IMG/VR virus record: IMGVR_UViG_3300021365_000005
Coordinates: 1-64,000 of that record
Reading direction: 5' to 3' (one strand)
Length of the DNA stretch: 64,000 bases
Source: a virus
The notes below the pieces were generated by a model. It searched no databases and was not told where the DNA came from. It saw only the letters and a list, made by a program, of their open reading frames with translations. Shown piece by piece: positions 35,942 to 44,527 of the stretch. Each line of letters opens with the position of its first letter. The first letter of the stretch is position 1. Both the position numbers and the translations under genes were made by a program.

Positions 35942-37777
35942 CTATGCGTAGATATACATATTACCACCTGAATGTCTGATGTTTCCTATCTGATCTGCCT
36001 TAGCGTTCGTTGCTTCTGCCTCTGATCCATTTATTACAGCAGCAAAGTGATAGTCGGCTGCAACATCTTGAGGAGTTTCAGAATTCCAAATGTCAATATC
36101 ATTATTATAGTTGACCCCAAATCTACCATTACTTCCACTATAGTTGGTTTCCCATACTAGCATATTACCTTGCGATGCCGCTTCTCCAAATTGAATTCCC
36201 ACGTCTGTTGTAGTGGACCCAGATCCAATCAATATAAACTTATCTTTGATTTCTAGGTTTGTAGAAGCTATTGATGTTAGGGTTCCTTCTACAATTAGAT
36301 CACCTGCAATTGTAATAGTGTCTGAGGCATCTCCAAAGGTGAGGTTTCCAAGGTTGGCATTTAATAAAGCCCCGGCTGCAGCAGCTGGTGTGGTTTGACC
36401 TGTTCCACCGTGGTCTATAGCAAGAGCTGCGCCTGACCAATTATCATCGTTTATTTGAACCGCACCACCAAGAGTAATTACCGGGGTATTGCCTCCACTG
36501 CTTTCAAGGGATAGACCTGAGACGTTTGAGTCTGCTGTGACAGCCGTTACCGTTCCCACTTCTGTTGTGAAGTCTAGAGAACTACTTATAAAGCTAGTTA
36601 TATCAGCAAGGGTTGTGGACTTGATAGTAGCAGTGTCTGCGTCTTGGATTAGGAATTTATTTGTTGAATTAAGTGAATTAGCAGCAACATTGTCAAGCGC
36701 AGATATAAAACTCGGTGCTAAGTGTTCAGATAGAATAGCCCCAACACCAATTTTATCATTAGTAACTGCTCCGGGAGCTATTTGACTAGTTCCTACTCCA
36801 TCATCTTTAATTCTAATACCTGCACTACCTAGCTGAAGAGTGTTTCCATTTAAGTCAACAGTAAATGTCCTATCGCCAGAACCATCATAGGAATTAGCGC
36901 TAATACCATGACCATCATGAAGAGTTCCCAATCCAGAAATACCCGATCCTGGGATTCCCGTTAAGTTGGATCCATCACCTGTGAATGTCGAAGCAGAAAC
37001 TCCACCGCTTGCTGTTACACTTCCTGAAAAATAGTGGCTATCGCCTTCGTTATTTCCCCAAACTGTGGATCCTGTAATAACCCCAGCTGCAGCGTTCTCA
37101 AATGTGTATGCATTAAATGTAAGACTTCCGTCTACTGCAAGGGATCCTGTTATGGTTGCGTTTGAAGCGGAAATCCCCGTTGTTGCAGTAATCGTACCAG
37201 CTATTTCGGAATTCCCTGCAAGGAGTATATTCTCAGTGACGAGCACTGAAGCAGACACGACTGATGCAGAAACTATACCCGTTGTTGTGATATCACCAAA
37301 TCCTGAGACTATTGATCCTCCAGATAAAGCCCCTACAGAAGTTACATGTGTTTGAGCTGCATCAAGATTAATTGTGGTTCCATCAATCGTAACTCCGGTG
37401 CCTCCTGTGTAGGTCGTATCCGAGTAGTTAGATTCATGAATATTAGAAGAAGTAGTTGCTGCCCAATTAACGTGTTGATCTTCAAAATAGCCTGAAAGCT
37501 GGGAGTGAGTTATTTCTGCTGGTACTACGGAGAATGTGTTGTTTGAACCTGCATCTTGAAGTCCATCTCCGGGTACGTATGTGGTATTAGTACCAGCAAC
37601 CGAGCTTTGTGCAATAGATCTTAAGTTTCCACTACCATCAATTGTTACTACACGATCACCAGTGCTTCCAGGAGTCCCTGCTGTTATTGCGGTTCCTAGA
37701 TTTACCCCGACACTAGCTGTGACTGATGCTAGAGTTGCGTCGCTGCCGCTTAATATAATTTTTTTCCAAATTGCCAT
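35942..37777 (-). CDS. Fibre-like virion protein, WKK-SG family
   Basis: MAIWKKIILSGS; Gly/Ser/Thr-rich; C-terminal GNIRHSGGNMYIYA. Confidence 0.75.
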   Translation of the reverse strand: MAIWKKIILSGSDATLASVTASVGVNLGTAITAGTPGSTGDRVVTIDGSGNLRSIAQSSVAGTNTTYVPGDGLQDAGSNNTFSVVPAEITHSQLSGYFEDQHVNWAATTSSNIHESNYSDTTYTGGTGVTIDGTTINLDAAQTHVTSVGALSGGSIVSGFGDITTTGIVSASVVSASVLVTENILLAGNSEIAGTITATTGISASNATITGSLAVDGSLTFNAYTFENAAAGVITGSTVWGNNEGDSHYFSGSVTASGGVSASTFTGDGSNLTGIPGSGISGLGTLHDGHGISANSYDGSGDRTFTVDLNGNTLQLGSAGIRIKDDGVGTSQIAPGAVTNDKIGVGAILSEHLAPSFISALDNVAANSLNSTNKFLIQDADTATIKSTTLADITSFISSSLDFTTEVGTVTAVTADSNVSGLSLESSGGNTPVITLGGAVQINDDNWSGAALAIDHGGTGQTTPAAAAGALLNANLGNLTFGDASDTITIAGDLIVEGTLTSIASTNLEIKDKFILIGSGSTTTDVGIQFGEAASQGNMLVWETNYSGSNGRFGVNYNNDIDIWNSETPQDVAADYHFAAVINGSEAEATNAKADQIGNIRHSGGNMYIYA

Positions 37778-37798
37778 GTTGTTTACTCGTTATAGATT

Positions 37799-38980
37799 CT
37801 AATATGTTGTTGCGTTAAACCTAGGGGTTCTTTCAGCTATTGAGGTATCCATCGGGATTGCGTAGCCTGAACTAGTTCCACTTGCCGAAGGAAATACATA
37901 TATTCCTGGTAAAGCTGGAGTTGCTAGGGTAACGTCTCCGAAGATATGGGATCCTGAATTTGGTCCAAATCCCTTCCAAAATTCAAAAGGGGCTGTGGCC
38001 TGAGATCCTGATACGAAATATATGGTTCCTCCAGATCCAGTAGCTCCTGACATAGATACATCTGATATTGCATACGTTCTAAGAAATGATTGTGACGCTA
38101 CTACGGATCCTGTTGGAAAGTGAAGAATATTTGTTTTTGGAGCAAAGTCATATGCTTCATCCGGTCCATCACCTAAAGCCTTAAGAAATCCAGTGTGCGT
38201 GACAAAATCTTTATAGTAAGGTTGTGCAGTATAAGAACCAGATCCCCAGTTAGTTCCAATAACCGAGGCTGTTGTTGAACTTGATGATCCATAAGGAGTC
38301 CAAATAGATGAACTTGCATATGTTTCAGAGCTATATTCAGATCCTGTAAAACTATGGAAAGCTATGCTTCTTGATGGGAAAGATCCTGCAAAACTCATTG
38401 TTTCCATTGGAAGGGTAAACTCAACAATAGTTGTGTTTCCAGCAATACTACCACCTCCTGCTTTGAGTATGATGTTTGTTGCGTTTGTGGATGTGTTGTA
38501 AATTGAAAGTAAGTTTGTTTGACCATCTCCTATAAATGCTACAGGAACTTCCCAACTAGCTGTTGCTGGAGCAGATGCCGTGGAAGATCCAGTATAAGAA
38601 CTAGAATCTATTTGCACGATAAGAGCAGGAAAATTTACAGCATTAAATGATGTACTTATTTGACTTTTAGCTGCAGAAGATAATGAACTAGAATTAAGAA
38701 AATTCGTCATATCTACTTTAAATCTATCCCTTTCCATTGCAGTATATGATAGGCCACTTCCAGTGTCGTAGATATAATATCCATCAGGATAGTCTGGGGC
38801 GGTTACAATAGAATCCCTATTGAAAAACCCAGTTGAGTTTTTAGATGCCTTAGCACCTTGCTGAAGGGTTAGAGGTAGCCTGTGTTTTGGTCTAAACTCA
38901 AGAGCGTTTGTAGAGTCACCTACTGATGCAGATAACTGTGCCCATGTTTTCATTTCCCACTTATTTTTGTATAATGACAT
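37799..38980 (-). CDS. Ser/Thr/Gly-rich virion protein
   Basis: 393 aa; late motif upstream. Confidence 0.6.
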   Translation of the reverse strand: MSLYKNKWEMKTWAQLSASVGDSTNALEFRPKHRLPLTLQQGAKASKNSTGFFNRDSIVTAPDYPDGYYIYDTGSGLSYTAMERDRFKVDMTNFLNSSSLSSAAKSQISTSFNAVNFPALIVQIDSSSYTGSSTASAPATASWEVPVAFIGDGQTNLLSIYNTSTNATNIILKAGGGSIAGNTTIVEFTLPMETMSFAGSFPSRSIAFHSFTGSEYSSETYASSSIWTPYGSSSSTTASVIGTNWGSGSYTAQPYYKDFVTHTGFLKALGDGPDEAYDFAPKTNILHFPTGSVVASQSFLRTYAISDVSMSGATGSGGTIYFVSGSQATAPFEFWKGFGPNSGSHIFGDVTLATPALPGIYVFPSASGTSSGYAIPMDTSIAERTPRFNATTY

Positions 38981-38998
38981 TGGTTTTAAATCCTTTTA

Positions 38999-39008
38999 TA
39001 TAAATATC
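38999..39008 (-). promoter_or_regulatory. Late-type motif GATATTTATA
   Basis: Recurrent intergenic motif. Confidence 0.6.
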
Positions 39009-39627
39009 AGTTGCCAAGGTAAAAGTCCCCGGAGGCACTATAGAACATACCACCAGTAACTGGGGTAGGAGTTGTGTCGAATTGGCCTAATATTGTTACC
39101 CCCTGGAGGTTTATTACAAATTTAGTGTCTTCAGAGTTATGAGCTCTAACTACAAATAAGTCATTTACCCCATCTCCCTGAATGCTTACTTTTGAACTAG
39201 TAACTAAAGGAGCAAATAATGATTCAGAAAGATGTAGTTCGTGCTGAGGGTTTATAATGTGTAGTCCTACATTATCACCAACAACTGTGAATGGATTCCC
39301 AATTATATTACCAAATGCAGGGTTGGCTATAGCAGCAGGAAAAGCCATATTGTCTGTAACGGTTACTGCAGTAGAGTCTGCAATTGTTATAGCAACTTGG
39401 TTTGGCGAATCAACTGCGACTTGAACTTGAACGGTTGTTGCAGGCTCTGTTGATATGTTTTCAACGACTGGGGAAGTTGTTATGGTACCACCCTCTAATA
39501 CACTAACAGCAGAACTTATTGATATAGTGCCACCTGCTAAAATATCATTAATATCTAGACTATATACAGCAATGTCGGAAACACTTATCGATTCTGAATC
39601 GTCATGTATTTCAACCGATTGTAGCAA
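39007..39627 (-). CDS. Virion structural protein (TTG start)
   Basis: Beta-rich; C-terminal PTPVTGGMFYSASGDFYLG. Confidence 0.6.
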   Translation of the reverse strand: MLQSVEIHDDSESISVSDIAVYSLDINDILAGGTISISSAVSVLEGGTITTSPVVENISTEPATTVQVQVAVDSPNQVAITIADSTAVTVTDNMAFPAAIANPAFGNIIGNPFTVVGDNVGLHIINPQHELHLSESLFAPLVTSSKVSIQGDGVNDLFVVRAHNSEDTKFVINLQGVTILGQFDTTPTPVTGGMFYSASGDFYLGN

Positions 39628-39630
39628 TAG

Positions 39631-40002
39631 TTATCTCGTAACTTCTGGAGATAACTTTATCGAGCCTTGTAGTAATCTAGTTACTGTTGAAGAAGCAGGA
39701 TCTTCTATTTCAATATCATAAACTGCTGAATCAAATGTGTAGTTCTTTGTAACAGATGCTTCAATTCTAAGCTGTATAGTACCACTAGCTGTGGAATTGG
39801 TAGTAGCTAGTATAGTCATGCCACTTCCAGTTTCAAATGACCCTCCAACCACAGGAGCAGCATCTGTTATAGCATCTCGTATATGCATTCGTACTAAATA
39901 GCCATTTAGATCTACAACATTAGCACTTGAATCTTTATATGTGAATTGCTTTACTACTGTTGTTCCTTGTTCTATGGTAAAATTATAAATGCCGGCTGCC
40001 AT
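39631..40002 (-). CDS. Ig/BppU-like virion adaptor protein
   Basis: YNFTIEQGTT, DLNGY..RMHIR, YDIEI, RLLQG.I.LSPEVTR. Confidence 0.7.
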   Translation of the reverse strand: MAAGIYNFTIEQGTTVVKQFTYKDSSANVVDLNGYLVRMHIRDAITDAAPVVGGSFETGSGMTILATTNSTASGTIQLRIEASVTKNYTFDSAVYDIEIEDPASSTVTRLLQGSIKLSPEVTR

Positions 40003-40034
40003 GTGGGTCTCCTAAACGTGATTGTACTTCCATA

Positions 40035-40044
40035 TATAAATATA
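40035..40044 (-). promoter_or_regulatory. Late-type motif TATATTTATA
   Basis: Recurrent intergenic motif. Confidence 0.55.
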
Positions 40045-40067
40045 CAAAAAAGTACTAAATGAATACA

Positions 40068-40748
40068 CTATAAAACTTTACCAGGTCTATCTTCATAAGC
40101 CTGAAGTATAAGTTTTAGTATTGGGTGTCTGTGATTTTCTAATAACTCGATGGTGTGTAGTCCAGCTACAGTTTTAATTGATTGCAAAAACTTTAACCCA
40201 GACTCTCCTGTAGACTTTAGATCTATTTGATCTGAATCTCCGCAAAACAACATTTTAGATCCTTTACCTATTCTTTGAAGAATCATTAAGGTTTGTTCAT
40301 GGGTCAAGTTTTGGGCCTCATCTACAATTATTACAGAATTTGTAAAAGTACGGCCTCTCATATAAGATACAGGAACTATTTCAATTTGTCTATTACTTAT
40401 CATAGCGTCTATACGCTCGCGCCTAAGTAGCTGATACATGTTTCCATATACAGGTGCTACCCATGGATCCATTTTGTCATCAATACCTCCTGGTAGATAT
40501 CCCAGATCTTCTTTAGATATTGTAGGCCTTGTGATTATTATTTTTTCAACATGTTTATCTAAGGCTAGGTTTAGTGCTATTTGACATGCTAATAAGGTTT
40601 TTCCAGATCCTGCATTTCCTAGTACGATTGACACATCATTTTCTAAGATTATAGACTTTGCTTTTTTTTGCTCTGGGTTTAGAGATAATAAAAACCTATA
40701 TCCTTTTTTATTATTTTTAGGCTTAACTTTTGAAAAACTTGTAGACAT
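40068..40748 (-). CDS. phoH: PhoH-family ATPase
   Basis: GNAGSGKT, TRP, LGYLPG, YMRGRTF, IVDEAQN, GDSDQIDL, HRH. Confidence 0.95.
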   Translation of the reverse strand: MSTSFSKVKPKNNKKGYRFLLSLNPEQKKAKSIILENDVSIVLGNAGSGKTLLACQIALNLALDKHVEKIIITRPTISKEDLGYLPGGIDDKMDPWVAPVYGNMYQLLRRERIDAMISNRQIEIVPVSYMRGRTFTNSVIIVDEAQNLTHEQTLMILQRIGKGSKMLFCGDSDQIDLKSTGESGLKFLQSIKTVAGLHTIELLENHRHPILKLILQAYEDRPGKVL

Positions 40749-40768
40749 TAAGATCTCCTTTTCTTTAC

Positions 40769-40778
40769 TATAAATATC
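40769..40778 (-). promoter_or_regulatory. Late-type motif GATATTTATA upstream of phoH
   Basis: Recurrent motif, just downstream of the capsid-gene terminator. Confidence 0.6.
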
Positions 40779-40784
40779 TCACAC

Positions 40785-40816
40785 AAAAAAAGAGACTCAA
40801 ATTAATGAGCCTCTTT
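40785..40816 (-). terminator. Intrinsic terminator after the major capsid gene
   Basis: AGAGGCTCA-TTAAT-TGAGTCTCT-type stem followed by a T run on the minus strand. Confidence 0.85.
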
Positions 40817-40840
40817 CGTAGAATTATACTAAACTTAAAC

Positions 40841-42349
40841 TTAAAGGATGTTTGAAACTGTTAGCTTAGCGTAGAAGTCTTTACGAACTACTTTCTTAGC
40901 ATAACGTGTCATTACACCTTTACGTGGAGTAAAGTTGTTTGGATCATAAACCAATGGAGTCATGATTAGTGGGATATATGGAGCGTAAACCGCACCTGTT
41001 TCAAGGAATTGATTTCCTCGGAATCCTATAATCATATCTGCAGAGTTCCAATATGGATTCTTGTAAACCTTATAACGGTTTGCAAAGTTTCCAATTTTTT
41101 CTACACCTGCTGCAAATCCATCTGTATTTCCATCTGTATCTACTGCGAAACTAGGAATAGTTTCAAGAACAGTAGCAACATCAGGAGAACAAACGATAAA
41201 GTTTGCACCACCACGCATTGTCGCTCTGTGGATCTTATTAGATAGCTTTTGGATTTCATATCCAATAGTAGCATTGTGTGTACCTAACGTGTAAGCCCAA
41301 GGACCTGAAGACGTTTGATATCCCTTAGCAGAAGCATTTGTTGGATCACCGACCCAAGTGCCGCTAAAGCCAGCAGAAGAGTGTAGCATTTCAAGGATCT
41401 CTAGATCGATTTCCATTGCAATGTACTCAGATAACATTGAAGTTAATTCTGCTTCAGCATCAATTGAGTGATACGCATTTAAATCTTGTGCAAACTCTGG
41501 AGTCCATACAACTTTTAACTTACGTGTCTTAGCAACTAAAGCCTCTGACTCTAGAGAAACCTCTAGTTCTGGAATATTTAGTTGAGCTTCCTCAAGTTCA
41601 TTTCCAACAGTGTGCTGGGCCTCGAAATCACCACGAAGACCAGCTGCAGTAGATACATCACCATTCTGTTCAAGTTGGTGATAGTGTACTGTTACAACGT
41701 CAGTTGCACCAGGCATACCACTGAATGTTACCTCACCGGTTGCTTGATCAAAAGAAGTAGCAGCGTATTCAGTAGATCCTGATACAGCGTATGCTGAAAG
41801 ACCCATGTCTAAATCTGCCTTTGTAAAGCCACCTGCATTAAGCTTGGTTCCCTTAGCAGCTAGAGTAACTGAAGCAGTTGATTGGGGAGCTCGCATAGAG
41901 TAAGCAGAACGACCAGGACCAGGATAAAGACCTTTTGTAAAGTCAGTTGTAGCTGCCTTTCCGTTTGATCCGAATATTGACTGTGTGTTGTCTACTGGGA
42001 ATTTATCATTACCATATTTGAAATCCAACCAGAAAACTAGACCTGAAGGTAAGTTCATTGGTTGTACCGATACGAAATCTTTTGCTGAGATTTCTGCAAA
42101 GATACGTCTTACTAGGGGAAGAGCTACGCCATTCCACTCATCATTAGCTGTTGCAGTGTTGTTTGCCTCAGAGATAAGTTGTTTAGCTTGGTTTTCCAAA
42201 AGAATAGCAGTGTTATGTTTATCATATTCACCACCAAGTCCTTCTAAAAGTCCAGTCTTTTCCCATTTAGTAACGTAGCCTTGTGTTTCATTGCGTTGTG
42301 TCGCAAATGCTGCCTTAGAATCTTGCAGCAAGTTTGAAATATTTGACAT
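40841..42349 (-). CDS. Major capsid protein (gp23-like)
   Basis: LENQA, VQPMNLPSGLVF, AKTRKLK..WTPE.AQDL.AYH.IDAEAEL, YAPYIPL, GVMTRYA. Confidence 0.97.
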   Translation of the reverse strand: MSNISNLLQDSKAAFATQRNETQGYVTKWEKTGLLEGLGGEYDKHNTAILLENQAKQLISEANNTATANDEWNGVALPLVRRIFAEISAKDFVSVQPMNLPSGLVFWLDFKYGNDKFPVDNTQSIFGSNGKAATTDFTKGLYPGPGRSAYSMRAPQSTASVTLAAKGTKLNAGGFTKADLDMGLSAYAVSGSTEYAATSFDQATGEVTFSGMPGATDVVTVHYHQLEQNGDVSTAAGLRGDFEAQHTVGNELEEAQLNIPELEVSLESEALVAKTRKLKVVWTPEFAQDLNAYHSIDAEAELTSMLSEYIAMEIDLEILEMLHSSAGFSGTWVGDPTNASAKGYQTSSGPWAYTLGTHNATIGYEIQKLSNKIHRATMRGGANFIVCSPDVATVLETIPSFAVDTDGNTDGFAAGVEKIGNFANRYKVYKNPYWNSADMIIGFRGNQFLETGAVYAPYIPLIMTPLVYDPNNFTPRKGVMTRYAKKVVRKDFYAKLTVSNIL

Positions 42350-42370
42350 TATTGTCTCCTAAATTTTAAA

Positions 42371-43282
42371 TTAAATTAAACCGGCAAGCTTACGCATGCG
42401 GTCTGAAAAGTTGTTTGATTCTACAATCACCGATTTGTTTGGTGCAGTAGATTTTGTAGATTTTGAAGCTAAGCCTTCAGTCATTGAAGATTTAGTTCCG
42501 CCTTTGCCTACGATTGATTCAGCAAGTGTTGAATAGACCAACTTAACTTCGCGAACTGATGCTGCTCTATCGAACGTTTCAATTACACGTAGCTTTTGTG
42601 ATTCATTCAAGTTATTAGCTCTGAAAAGTTTATTAGAAAATAGTAGCTTAGCATTTAGTAAGTTAACCTCATTGATCTTAGATCTTAGGAACTTAATAGT
42701 AGCATAAGCTTCTTCTAAATCAGATTCACCAACGACTTCTTTATCGTCTTCAGCTTCTTCATCTTCTTCTCTTAGTGCATTAATAACTTCTTCGAGGTCG
42801 AATTCTTCATCGTCCTCTGTTGCATCTTCTGTTACAGGCTCTTCTTCTTCAGCAGCGGCGTCTTCAGCGACAGGGACTTCGTCCTCATCTGTTTCAGTTC
42901 CGGCTTCTAGTTCACGAAGGATAGCTTCTAACTCGAGGTCATCTTCAGATTGTTCACCTTCAGCTTCTGCTGCAACTTCTGCATCATCTTCTTCAGGGGC
43001 CATTTCTGCGTCTTCGTCATACATACCTTCAACCTCTGTATCTTCTTCATCTGCTGTGAGTTCTGCAACGGGATCAGTTTCTTCTTCAGAATCCATTGCC
43101 ATTTCAGCAGTGGGAACTTCTTCTTCTTCTTCGTCTTCGTACTCTTCACGAATTTTAGTAGATAACATAGACTGGAGTTTGGGCGTAAACGCTTCTTCTA
43201 AAGCTAATTTTGCATTTGCAATTGCAGTCTGACGGACTGCCTTAGCATCAGCTATAGCTTCTTTTAATAGGTCTTTTGACAT
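42371..43282 (-). CDS. Prohead core scaffold protein (gp22-like)
   Basis: Very acidic; directly upstream of the capsid gene; many L/I-x-E sites; ends RMRKLAGLI. Confidence 0.85.
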   Translation of the reverse strand: MSKDLLKEAIADAKAVRQTAIANAKLALEEAFTPKLQSMLSTKIREEYEDEEEEEVPTAEMAMDSEEETDPVAELTADEEDTEVEGMYDEDAEMAPEEDDAEVAAEAEGEQSEDDLELEAILRELEAGTETDEDEVPVAEDAAAEEEEPVTEDATEDDEEFDLEEVINALREEDEEAEDDKEVVGESDLEEAYATIKFLRSKINEVNLLNAKLLFSNKLFRANNLNESQKLRVIETFDRAASVREVKLVYSTLAESIVGKGGTKSSMTEGLASKSTKSTAPNKSVIVESNNFSDRMRKLAGLI

Positions 43283-43400
43283 ATTATTCTCCTTATATTA
43301 TAATTAGGAAATAAGACTATTAGGAGTCTCAATAAAATTGTTTTGGATTGCATGTCTTGCCACATATTACGGATGGGGCATTTTTGCATGCTGGTTTCAT
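43283..43400 (-). promoter_or_regulatory. Structured 5' leader of the scaffold-capsid operon
   Basis: Nested stem GCAUG/CAUGC + UGCC/GGCA + CAU/AUG; hairpin GAGACU/AGUCUU; two anti-SD-like YUCCUAAU copies. Confidence 0.5.
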
Positions 43401-43402
43401 AA

Positions 43403-43412
43403 TATAAGTATA
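43403..43412 (-). promoter_or_regulatory. Late-type motif variant TATACTTATA
   Basis: One mismatch to the motif; lies just after the bS21 terminator. Confidence 0.5.
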
Positions 43413-43433
43413 TATGAATTTATAAAAGCCCAC

Positions 43434-43467
43434 AAAAAAAAGACCAAAGACGCTAAATCTTTGATCT
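43434..43467 (-). terminator. Intrinsic terminator after bS21
   Basis: AGATCAAAGA-TTTAGCG-TCTTTGGTCT followed by a T run. Confidence 0.85.
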
Positions 43468-43493
43468 AATTTAAGTTTTATATGAAAATTAAC

Positions 43494-43820
43494 TTACATT
43501 GCTGTGCCGCCGCCTTGGCTGTCTTCTATAATAGCGGTCCAAATATAACCATCTTCTAGTTTTTTCTGGGCTTTCCATCTAAACTGCTCGTTACGACAAG
43601 CTTCGATTCGGGCTCTTCGTTTAACAGAAGTTGGTTTGGTATATGTTCGGCGATTCTTATACTCGTCGATTTTACCAGCTTCTTTTAGATTTTTTTTAAA
43701 ACTTCTTAATGCACCTTCAAGTGCTGCTGAAGAATCGTCTGGCACCCTTACTCCAGTTCCACTTTTATCTAGTGTGAAGTCACTTCTTTTATAGCGCTTA
43801 CGCTTTTTATAATCTTCCAT
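43494..43820 (-). CDS. rpsU: Ribosomal protein bS21 homolog with N- and C-terminal extensions
   Basis: V.V....LEGALRSFKK..KEAG.I.EYK.RR.Y.KP.S.KRR is the bS21 core. Confidence 0.88.
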   Translation of the reverse strand: MEDYKKRKRYKRSDFTLDKSGTGVRVPDDSSAALEGALRSFKKNLKEAGKIDEYKNRRTYTKPTSVKRRARIEACRNEQFRWKAQKKLEDGYIWTAIIEDSQGGGTAM

Positions 43821-43846
43821 GTATACTTTATTAATTATTTACTATG

Positions 43847-43896
43847 TAAATATACAAAAAAATAGTTGATATAAAAAATTTATTTGGGGTTATTTT
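43847..43896 (-). promoter_or_regulatory. Class A promoter for bS21
   Basis: AAAATAACC...ATAAATTTTTTAT...TGTATATTTAC with conserved spacing. Confidence 0.7.
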
Positions 43897-44237
43897 TAAA
43901 TAGACCTAAATTTAGGAGATCCTTTTACCGCTTCGTCTTTACCGGAAGCCGTCATCTGAACTAATAAATACCAATCTTCTTTACCATTAGTTACATAATA
44001 TGCAGCCCAATCTTCTCCAGAAAAATAGACATCAGCGCCAGTTATATAGCTATCATTATCTACACTACCATCTGAAGATTTCTTATCTAATAGAGACTTA
44101 TACTTACTTGGAAAGTCTTTGAACTCCCATCCACTTTTTTTAAGGTCCTTAGCAAATGATGGGAAATCGCTCATTTTTGAGATATCTTTGGGATGTGTAT
44201 CTGATGATTCGTATAGGAGATTTTTTAATTTTATCAT
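43896..44237 (-). CDS. Hypothetical protein with MIKLKNLLYE leader, paralog of 14240..14602
   Basis: Direct alignment by eye. Confidence 0.75.
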   Translation of the reverse strand: MIKLKNLLYESSDTHPKDISKMSDFPSFAKDLKKSGWEFKDFPSKYKSLLDKKSSDGSVDNDSYITGADVYFSGEDWAAYYVTNGKEDWYLLVQMTASGKDEAVKGSPKFRSI

Positions 44238-44527
44238 TATTTTATTTTTTTATTAAGCCACTTAACACAATATGCAATTAATTCTTTTTTGGCTGGTTTA
44301 ATATCAGATGGTTCAGTCAGTGGACCTCTACCCCAAGTAAGCCAAGCTTCTTCAATAAGTGCTAAACCTGCACCTACATCTCCATCCCCATCAATAGTTT
44401 CAACATACTCTTCGTTTATTGGCTCCGATTCCGTTAGAGGATTCCACTTCATTTTCATCAATTTAGATGATGGTAGAGTCCCTAGTGCAGAATTCTCTTT
44501 TAATATGCCTTTTAATTTTATCATCAT
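44237..44527 (-). CDS. Hypothetical protein with MMIKLKGILKE leader (start corrected from 44638)
   Basis: GGAG upstream; ATGA overlap with 44524..44670; leader motif. Confidence 0.7.
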   Translation of the reverse strand: MMIKLKGILKENSALGTLPSSKLMKMKWNPLTESEPINEEYVETIDGDGDVGAGLALIEEAWLTWGRGPLTEPSDIKPAKKELIAYCVKWLNKKIK

